Shown in pieces: positions 39,049 through 46,597 of a stretch of DNA of 64,000 nucleotides. The stretch comes from a virus: positions 32,001 through 96,000 of IMG/VR virus record IMGVR_UViG_3300044970_000539; one strand, given 5' to 3'. The notes beneath the pieces are model-generated. The model had not been told where the DNA came from, made no database searches, and worked only from the letters and a program-made list of their open reading frames with translations. How positions within the stretch are numbered: the first letter of the stretch is position 1; each line of letters starts with the position of its first letter. The position numbers were made by a program, and so were the translations under genes.

Positions 39049-39269
39049 TATCGTGTTGTTACCTTTCCCATGCGGTCAATAATTTTTGTGTGCATTTTGC
39101 CTGACGGCTCTGATAAATTAATTGTTGAGTACTCATTAGCAAACCCGACATCAACAAAGCGTTGGTATGCTTCCACGGCAGTTAAAGCATCTGAGTAACG
39201 ACCAACCCAATTAGGCTTAGTGCCTGAGTCATAGGTTACTGTTATTGAGTATAGGTATTCATTATTCAT
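39048..39269 (-). CDS. hypothetical protein
   Basis: 73 aa, coupled. Confidence 0.65.
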   Translation of the reverse strand: MNNEYLYSITVTYDSGTKPNWVGRYSDALTAVEAYQRFVDVGFANEYSTINLSEPSGKMHTKIIDRMGKVTTR

Positions 39270-39448
39270 TATGCATTCTCCAATGTGTATTCGTTTAATT
39301 CATTACTAGCGTACCATTCGCAATACTCATTTTCAAGTGTCATGCCTTTAACGCACTCACAAAACTCTGAGTCAAACTCCTCATGACCATTACCAAAAAA
39401 GAGGACACCCTCATCATAGCAATCATAGCAATCCCAATTATTCATTTA

Positions 39449-39658
39449 TTAGTCTCCAATCTTTACTGCAAGTATGCGGTATGTATCTTTTAAGTTAAGT
39501 GGTGCTGAGTAGTGGGGGCGTACCTGAACACGATAAGACTCGCAATCTTGATACCATACATCAGACTTTTCTGCTGAGATAATTTCTCCCGTAAGTGTGC
39601 GGGACTTATAAGTTTTTCCTACAAGTAGGTTTTCTATTGTATAGACATTTGCTGACAT
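39449..39658 (-). CDS. hypothetical protein
   Basis: 69 aa, AGAGG RBS, own promoter. Confidence 0.65.
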   Translation of the reverse strand: MSANVYTIENLLVGKTYKSRTLTGEIISAEKSDVWYQDCESYRVQVRPHYSAPLNLKDTYRILAVKIGD

Positions 39659-39915
39659 TTGCCAACCTCTTTCTTTTTGTTGATAATTCTATCCTACCAT
39701 AGGGGTCTGACATTTTCTGTTAGACACGCCCAAAGGTAATAGACTTTCTTTTATTTATTTTTTCTTACTATGTAAGTCTAGCCTATTAGACAAAAAATCT
39801 CAAGTTACTTATGAGTAATCTTAAATAGTGAGACGCTCAAGCCATGTGACAAATCTCACAAATCTAGCCTGTGGATAACTCTGTGGAAGACACGCCCGAA
39901 CGGGTCGAAAAAATT

Positions 39916-39944
39916 TAAGCAGTTTGAAATCATGCTTAGGATTT
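39916..39944 (-). ncRNA. H-type pseudoknot motif copy
   Basis: AAATC-CTAAGCAT-GATTT-CAAAC-TGCTTA. Confidence 0.65.
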
Positions 39945-39949
39945 TGATT

Positions 39950-40102
39950 TTACTTTTTAAGTCGCTCAGTTCGCAACGCAACCTGCAATCTGCGAATTTC
40001 TTTATGTTGCTCAACGTTTTGTTTCCAAAACGCAATCATCATTCCAACAGATCCAGCAAGTGCAATTACAATTGCGATAAGTGTTCCAGTGTCTAGAATC
40101 AT
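39950..40102 (-). CDS. small membrane protein
   Basis: MILDTGTLIAIVIALAGSVGMMIAFWK... 50 aa. Confidence 0.6.
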   Translation of the reverse strand: MILDTGTLIAIVIALAGSVGMMIAFWKQNVEQHKEIRRLQVALRTERLKK

Positions 40103-40284
40103 GCTTTCACCTCAACACCATCAACGCAAGCATCATAGAATTTATTTTCATCAAATCTAGGATTATCAGAAGCAAACCATTCGCTAAATTCAAAAACTAA
40201 TTGGTCAAAATCATTTGAGTCAATGTCATCAACGAATTTGTTTAGAATTTTTGCAGTTTCTACATAGTCTTTACGAGTCATCAT
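40099..40284 (-). CDS. hypothetical phage protein
   Basis: MTRKDY...A.I...F..DNPRFD..KF..AC. Confidence 0.75.
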   Translation of the reverse strand: MMTRKDYVETAKILNKFVDDIDSNDFDQLVFEFSEWFASDNPRFDENKFYDACVDGVEVKA

Positions 40285-40490
40285 TATTCGGCCACCTTTA
40301 GAATTGCATAAGAGCCACCTTCATTGATGTGGTCCAAGATTGGTTGAAGTTTAGAACCGACTAGGTCCTTGAGCATTGACTCAAGCATTGCAATTTGCAT
40401 TTCTTTTTCTAGTGCAAGAAGTTGCATTCCTACTGGATGAGTCTCGTCTACCTCTGTGACGAACTTTAGATTGTGTTCAATTTTTACCAT
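40284..40490 (-). CDS. hypothetical protein
   Basis: MVKIEHNLK..., AGGA RBS. Confidence 0.6.
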   Translation of the reverse strand: MVKIEHNLKFVTEVDETHPVGMQLLALEKEMQIAMLESMLKDLVGSKLQPILDHINEGGSYAILKVAE

Positions 40491-40509
40491 GTTTAGTTTT
40501 CCTATTCTT

Positions 40510-40707
40510 TTAGTTTGAGTTAGTAAGTGTACGAGTGCCACGAAGTACGCCACGAACGCCAAGGGCATCACATGACATTTTTACGGATACGCCAACAGGT
40601 AATTGTGTTGGGTAAGTTGATACGAATTGAGCAACCGCACCACGAGAGGCAAGGTTGATTTTTTTAGTTGAACCTGAAAAGGTTTCTAGTGTAACAGTGT
40701 AAGTCAT
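40510..40707 (-). CDS. hypothetical protein
   Basis: 65 aa, AAGGA RBS, own promoter. Confidence 0.65.
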   Translation of the reverse strand: MTYTVTLETFSGSTKKINLASRGAVAQFVSTYPTQLPVGVSVKMSCDALGVRGVLRGTRTLTNSN

Positions 40708-41563
40708 TGAGTGACTTCCTTTCTTTAAGTGATAAGACTATCCTATCATGGGGCACTGACAAATTGGGGCACTTATTCGCTAGGCTCACTGTGATACTGG
40801 TCACATTTATTTGCTAGGCTCATTGCCTTGTCTGTCCTTATTTAATTGTTATACTAGAAGTATAGCAAGGAAATGTCAAAAAGTCAAGTCCTGCATGGGC
40901 GTGTCGTGTGTGATTTACACCACACCTACCCTGTGGATAAGCCTGTGGATAACTTTTGTCGAAAATTTTTCAGGGGATCAATCCTGAAAAACTTTTCTAT
41001 TAACTATGAATTGCAATAACAAAAGCAAAACAAGTAATTGCGATTAGAATAACTAACATTAGTTTTCCTCAATTTCATTTAGTAGTTCCCATAGCACGGG
41101 TTCTAGTGCAAGGGCTGCTTCATCTAACTTTTCTTGTAAGGTTTTCATTTACTTACCTTCATTCTTTCTAATTATTGCAATGCATTCTCTAATTGCAGTA
41201 ACGCCATTCTGGTCGCCACGATACTCAATGATTAGGTTTTCTAATTCACGAATTGTTTTTTCCATTTATGCAATCTCCAATTCGTTATAGTCAATAACCT
41301 GAAAGTCATGTCTTTCTAGTGGCATAGCCTTTAGCCATGATAGTGCAGACTCAAAGTCCTCAGCCTCAATAGTAACCATTAGGTCAAAGTTAAATAGTGT
41401 CATTACTTTACCTCCTTGTATAAAAAGTCCCAAGCCTTACGGCATAACACAATTGATTTGCAATTGTCACAACAGATAACCCCATGAGGGTTAAGGTCTA
41501 GGTCATAGACATCTACGCTGGCAGATGTCGCCCCACATACTGAGGGGAGATTAACAAAGGTAC

Positions 41564-41764
41564 TCATCTTGTAAGTCCTTCCTTTCCATAAGTGTTAATA
41601 AAATCAGGGAGAGCCATTACGCCCTTGTAGTCTTTACATCTAGGGCAAAATCTATTCCACCCGTCAAATAGTGTTATGCAAAAAGCGCAAATGTTATCCA
41701 TAGCGCATAAGCCTTGCTCATCTATAAATTGCATAGTGTCTAAGAATTGATTAGTCTGGTTCAT
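41564..41764 (-). CDS. small Zn-finger protein
   Basis: CAFC...CPRC.DYKG. Confidence 0.65.
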   Translation of the reverse strand: MNQTNQFLDTMQFIDEQGLCAMDNICAFCITLFDGWNRFCPRCKDYKGVMALPDFINTYGKEGLTR

Positions 41765-42288
41765 TTAGTCACATACCAATCTGTCCACATAGGGAATTGC
41801 TCAGGGTCACTATCATAGTAGTAACGCTCAATGTTTTGTTCACAATCTACGCAGAAAGTGAATTGGTTATCCCCTACCTCGGAGATAGCGGAATACTGAG
41901 GATTATGCTCAGTGCATTTTGTTAGTGTAGTCATTTTGACCTACCTTTCGTTAAGGGATTTCTTTACCCTTGTTTTTCTTTATACTGTAAGTGTAGCATG
42001 GGGGTCTGACAAATTGCAAACCCAAAATGGTATCAAAACGGACATTGTGAGGCGTATCACATGAGACATAGGTCACATTTGAATGGTCAAAGATAAAAAT
42101 GACCATTTTCTACGGCGTGTCGCCTTGACAAAATCGGGTCGAAAAAAAGTTATCCACAACCCCTGTGTATAAACTATGTGACGGGTATCACAAAAATACT
42201 TTCCCGACACGCCCGAAAAACAGGCTAATTTGTCAGTGGTAGGTGCTAGAATACTATGTATAAAGATTAACAAAGAAAGGTGTTCCCA

Positions 42289-42694
42289 ATGAATACACTA
42301 GAAAGACTAAGAGCAGAACAACAGGCTCGTTACGCTATTGAGCGTGAAAAGAATAAGGCTAAGATTGAGGCTATGTTTGCCAATAACTCTCGCCCCCTAA
42401 ACAATGCCCACCTATTAGAAAAGGAGGAAAACTAATGAAAACCAATTTTGAGATTACACAAGAGATTAACACTCTTGCTAAGAAACACTATGGTGAGCAA
42501 GACCTTGCCTATGTATGGGGTTGCGCTCAAGCGTTGCTTTCAGTAAGTCAATTAGATTTGATTTTAGGAATACTAAAAGAAAAGGAAACTAATTAATGAA
42601 CGCTATGTATGCACACACTTGCGAATTCTGCGGTGATACGGGTATCATCATTTTCTCTGAAAAAGAGACACGCATAGACCCTTGCAAATGTTAG
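42289..42694 (+). CDS. operon of three micro-ORFs (42289-42435, 42435-42596, 42596-42694)
   Basis: TAATG-coupled, each with RBS, downstream of the rightward TGTCAG promoter; the last has CEFC...CKC. Confidence 0.6.
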
Positions 42695-42888
42695 GATAAA
42701 TCGGTGGCACTAGTGTTAGAATTATTGACGGCACTAGTGCTAAGATCTTTGCACCCACCACACTAGTGTGCTCACTAATTAAATTATTTATTCTACACAA
42801 ATGTATGTATCATACACTTATAAAAAATATTCAGATTTTGGGGGAAACCCCTTTTATAAAATTTTTCAGATTATGCTATAATTAAAAT

Positions 42889-43218
42889 ATGATTCTTACA
42901 GAAAAAGCAAAACAAAAAGTTTCGGAACTCATAGGAGACTCTCGCATATCTATCCCAGATAGAGAGATCTTCCTAAGAATCTCTGTTCAGCCTGGTGGAT
43001 GTTCTGGACTTAGATATCAAACCTTCTTTGACTATGAAAAGTTAGACGGAGATACGGATTATAACTTTGAAGACTTTACATTAAAGTTAGATAGAATGTC
43101 TGTTCCTTATTTACAAGGGGCTACGCTTGATTTCGTTGACACAATTGAAAAACAAGGTTTTGTACTTGACAATCCCAATGCTCAAGGATCTTGTGCATGC
43201 GGAGACAGTTTTAACTAA
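42889..43218 (+). CDS. iscA: HesB/IscA A-type Fe-S cluster carrier
   Basis: LRI.V.PGGCSG, LDF, F..DNPNA..SCACGDSF; leaderless. Confidence 0.92.
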   Translation: MILTEKAKQKVSELIGDSRISIPDREIFLRISVQPGGCSGLRYQTFFDYEKLDGDTDYNFEDFTLKLDRMSVPYLQGATLDFVDTIEKQGFVLDNPNAQGSCACGDSFN

Positions 43219-43234
43219 TTTCGAGGGGAATCAA

Positions 43235-43375
43235 ATGGCCATACTAGATAACGTAGACAACAATACATATCCTTTATTTGAGACAGAATCCACATCTCTG
43301 GCTGTAAAAATATTTTCAGAAACCTGTTGCAATGGATGTTCTTGCAAATCAGAGTCTGATCATATAAAAGAATAA
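43235..43375 (+). CDS. small Cys-rich protein
   Basis: GAGGGG RBS; CCNGCSC. Confidence 0.55.
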   Translation: MAILDNVDNNTYPLFETESTSLAVKIFSETCCNGCSCKSESDHIKE

Positions 43376-43382
43376 CGTTTTG

Positions 43383-44135
43383 TTACTCTTCTAACCTATC
43401 TCTAAGGTTTTCTAAAAATCCTTTTTTAGGTTTATCACGATCTCTTTGGTTTTTTCTGTAAATTCCAGTTGGTGTAAATCTTGCAAATGTATCGAGCATC
43501 TGTAAGTTAAACTTTTTTAATTCTTTTTCATTAGCATCTCCTACTTCTAGTTTATGCTTTTCTCTTTTAAACGGGATGTATAAAACAAAAGCCTCTCCAG
43601 CCTTTATAACAACCCTTTCTTTGTCGCTATGGAATAGTAGTTGCTGATTTAATTCGTGGTGTATATCTGTATCAACAATTCCAGGTAGCACTGTCCAATT
43701 TTTATTAAAGTTATAAAATATAGGCAACTGCAATACAGACCAACCAGGTTCAGTAATTGCATACCAAGGACATACAGACTTAAATATAAACTCAGATTTA
43801 ACTCCAAGGTTTGAAGCATCTGTATAATCTAAGAATTGTGAGTTTGGATGAATTGACCATTTATCAAAACCAGGAGATGATTTTGCAGAAAAAGAACGAG
43901 TCTCTTTATCATAAGCAAGATCTGAGTCCATCCACATGGGCAGAATATATCCTTGTGAAAAATAATCTGGCAATGCAGGACATACCCTAGCAGTACTAAC
44001 TGGACCGTCCTCTGTATTTACACTTGCAGGCATAGATTTAAACCATTCAGGTATAAACGCCTTTGCAGGTTTTGGCCTTGCCCATTCAAGTTCTGATAAA
44101 CCTGGAACCCTGCTAACAAATCTTATTTTACTCAT
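43383..44135 (-). CDS. DUF6065-like hypothetical protein
   Basis: PEWFK, CPAL.D...GY.LP.W.D, T.PGWS, PGIVDTD, IPFKRE. Confidence 0.65.
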   Translation of the reverse strand: MSKIRFVSRVPGLSELEWARPKPAKAFIPEWFKSMPASVNTEDGPVSTARVCPALPDYFSQGYILPMWMDSDLAYDKETRSFSAKSSPGFDKWSIHPNSQFLDYTDASNLGVKSEFIFKSVCPWYAITEPGWSVLQLPIFYNFNKNWTVLPGIVDTDIHHELNQQLLFHSDKERVVIKAGEAFVLYIPFKREKHKLEVGDANEKELKKFNLQMLDTFARFTPTGIYRKNQRDRDKPKKGFLENLRDRLEE

Positions 44136-44136
44136 C

Positions 44137-44334
44137 TTACCACTTTCCTATAGGACACCTAGCATTAGCCAACATTGATTTAGCAGCCATAAAACAACCA
44201 CACTTCTTGCATGTTTGGGTTTTTGGTCTAAAGAAATCACAACCTTTGCAAATCTCTAATCTATGTGCTGCTACCTCTTCAGGACTTCTAGGAGATCCAT
44301 TGAATAGATCCCAAGGCTTTACATCATCACTCAT
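44137..44334 (-). CDS. DUF6171-like Cys-rich protein
   Basis: KPWD...RLEICKGC...CKKCGCFM..K......CP..KW; leaderless. Confidence 0.7.
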   Translation of the reverse strand: MSDDVKPWDLFNGSPRSPEEVAAHRLEICKGCDFFRPKTQTCKKCGCFMAAKSMLANARCPIGKW

Positions 44335-44359
44335 ATATCTAGTATATCCTATCTTGCAA

Positions 44360-45100
44360 CTAATCTAGAAGGTTATTTTTTATTTCAAACAAGACTTTTT
44401 TATCTAAATCAACATCTTTAAATCGGTTGTACCTAGAAAACAAAGACTGCCCTCTGCCAAAAAGATGGGTTGAATCAACGCACTTTCTTGAATACTCATA
44501 CAGTTGCTCATTAATTTTAAACCTTTTTAATACAACCTTTTTGTTTGTTTTAAACTCAACATAGAATAAAGGCTCATTATCTTCAAACTTTATCTCTCCC
44601 TTATTTTTCCATGTTTGAATTTCAAAAAGATAGGGTCTAAACCACTTTCCAATATTGAACTCTCCTGGAATTACAGATCCATAGTTTGTATATGTTGGTT
44701 TATGAAAATATGGCGGAGTAAAAAATGCATCAACAGACTCTTCTGAAAAAAAATGATATTGCAGATCAAACAAAAATGTAGGGCCATAAGATAACATCGG
44801 GCTCCTATCATTTTTAAAATTATAATAGTTGCCATTAACGCTAGAAATAAGTCTTTTTCCATCTGAGAAATCATACCTATATTCGCAATCCATTGTTCCT
44901 TTAAATACAAATGTATTTTTTGCTTTGTTAGATATTGCAGGGCATGTAAAATAAGAGCCTGTATTTTCTCTTTGTACCTTATTTTCACGCATGTCATCAA
45001 ATAATGATTTTGGTTTTGGATAGAACAAAGGATTGTCATTTATTCCTTTACTTGTTGAACTATCGGACCAGTATATGACTATTTCATCTTTTTTTGACAT
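44360..45100 (-). CDS. DUF6065-like hypothetical protein
   Basis: IYWS, CPA, FFSEE, TPPY.H, PGEFNIGKWFRP, EPL.Y..F. Confidence 0.6.
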   Translation of the reverse strand: MSKKDEIVIYWSDSSTSKGINDNPLFYPKPKSLFDDMRENKVQRENTGSYFTCPAISNKAKNTFVFKGTMDCEYRYDFSDGKRLISSVNGNYYNFKNDRSPMLSYGPTFLFDLQYHFFSEESVDAFFTPPYFHKPTYTNYGSVIPGEFNIGKWFRPYLFEIQTWKNKGEIKFEDNEPLFYVEFKTNKKVVLKRFKINEQLYEYSRKCVDSTHLFGRGQSLFSRYNRFKDVDLDKKVLFEIKNNLLD

Positions 45101-45274
45101 TTTACCCTTTCTTTATTTTTAAAGCATACTACAATCCATTATAGCCCATATCCAGATATAAGTCCAATGTTTGACACTGTTAGGCATTGTATGCCTTATG
45201 TTGTCAAAGAGAGGTTTGTATACTCTATTTTCGGCTTAACTCGTATCCCGCCGAAATAATGCTATAATGACTAT

Positions 45275-45559
45275 ATGGCTGAACATTCATTAATAGCAGT
45301 TAGCAACTCCGCTGCGACTCGTTTAACACCTGGTGGAATCCATTCTGGTATGGATGTTACTATTCAAAATGTAAACGCATCTGGGTATATATATCTTGGC
45401 GTTGACGACACTGTTACCAGTTCAAATTACGGCTTTAGAATTATGCCAAACCACGCTATTTCTTTTGAACTTGCTGGCGGAGATATACTTTACGCAATTG
45501 CATCTGCCTCAGACATGAATGCTGCCGTTATTAAAATTAATTTAGAATCTGGATCATAA
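45275..45559 (+). CDS. small beta-rich virion-type protein (leaderless)
   Basis: IQN....YIYLG....T...YGF..P......L.....LYAIA. Confidence 0.7.
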   Translation: MAEHSLIAVSNSAATRLTPGGIHSGMDVTIQNVNASGYIYLGVDDTVTSSNYGFRIMPNHAISFELAGGDILYAIASASDMNAAVIKINLESGS

Positions 45560-46017
45560 TGGCACGGTTTACACACCCAGGAACAGATATATACGGAAAC
45601 ACTGTTGGATCAGTTGTTGACTTTACTGTTCAAGGTGGAGTAGTAAGCGGAACACAGCCAACATTTAACGGTGCACCACTATTTACAGGATCATACTCTA
45701 GAATTGGTGATTTAGTACACTTTCAAATTCAGGTAGACTTTGATAATATTACAAATTTTGGAGACGGTCAATATTATATAAACCTCCCATTCCCAGCAAG
45801 ATATGGCTATCAAATAAGAGAAGGCTGTGTTCACGACATTTCCACATCAAGACAATACTCTATTGGTGGACATGTTTTTGCTGGACAATCACAACTTGCA
45901 TTAAATTTTATAGACACAAATGGAAGAGATTCAGCATTTACACATAACACTCCATTTGCTTTAGCGGTACAAGATAATTTTCATACTTCAGGAACATACA
46001 TAGCACAGCCAATTTAA
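45559..46017 (+). CDS. fibre-head-like beta protein
   Basis: GSYSRIGDLVHF...NLPF...SGTY. Confidence 0.6.
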   Translation: MARFTHPGTDIYGNTVGSVVDFTVQGGVVSGTQPTFNGAPLFTGSYSRIGDLVHFQIQVDFDNITNFGDGQYYINLPFPARYGYQIREGCVHDISTSRQYSIGGHVFAGQSQLALNFIDTNGRDSAFTHNTPFALAVQDNFHTSGTYIAQPI

Positions 46018-46045
46018 TCTTAAATAATGATATAATAATCTCATT

Positions 46046-46300
46046 ATGACAATTCAAGACTGGGCTTCACTAATCGTAGCAATTCTCACAATTGTGTCTT
46101 CAATAGCATTTGGAATCAAGTGGCTCGTAAAGCATTATCTCATTGAACTTAAACCAAATTCTGGCTCGTCGCTAAAAGACCAAGTTTCAAGATTAGAAAG
46201 TCGCCTTAACGAAGCAGATGTAAAAAGAAAAGATATGGATCGCAAACTAGATCATATGTATGATATTCTATTACAGTATATTTCTAAAAATACTAAATAA
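46046..46300 (+). CDS. membrane protein (TM + coiled coil)
   Basis: N-terminal TM, ELKPNSGSSLKDQV.RLE. Confidence 0.7.
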   Translation: MTIQDWASLIVAILTIVSSIAFGIKWLVKHYLIELKPNSGSSLKDQVSRLESRLNEADVKRKDMDRKLDHMYDILLQYISKNTK

Positions 46301-46525
46301 CTACTATATATAATATATAAGATATCTTTTAAAAACTTAACTATAGTATATTCTTTTCTTATATATATTTAAGTATACACCAAAAGTTCTTTGTTTTAAC
46401 CTTTAATACCCTGGCTGATTGTAACTCTTTGATAACAATTTAATATATAACTTTTTGTTACCATATATGTAACGTTTTGTTATACTTCTATGTATGCTGG
46501 TATAAATTAATGTTATAATGTGAGT

Positions 46526-46581
46526 GCTGACACCCTAAGTTCTACCCCCACCCCACTGCGCTTAGGGTGTCCAGCCTTTTT
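46526..46581 (+). ncRNA. candidate ~55-nt hairpin small RNA with C-rich loop
   Basis: Extended -10 TGTTATAAT 46511-19; stem GCTG-ACACCCTAAG/CTTAGGGTGT-C-CAGC; T tract. Confidence 0.5.
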
Positions 46582-46597
46582 ATGATACAATCATTAG

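Larger units (their letters stand above)
39870..42172. promoter_or_regulatory. additional DnaA boxes within early intergenic cassettes
   Basis: TGTGGATAA 39870, 40932, 40944; TTATCCACA 42150; TGTGTATAA 42164. Confidence 0.75.
33925..42192. promoter_or_regulatory. CRP/GlxR-type sites TGTGA-N6-TCACA
   Basis: Perfect at 33925, 37341, 39845, 40790, 42046, 42177; one mismatch at 34597, 35861, 40909, 42062. Confidence 0.8.
33545..42252. promoter_or_regulatory. family of nine promoters TGTCAG-N10-TANNNT
   Basis: CTGACA at 33561, 35808, 36445, 37287, 38209, 39707, 40756, 42006 (minus-strand promoters) and TGTCAG at 42231 (+), each exactly 10 nt from a -10 hexamer. Confidence 0.85.
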
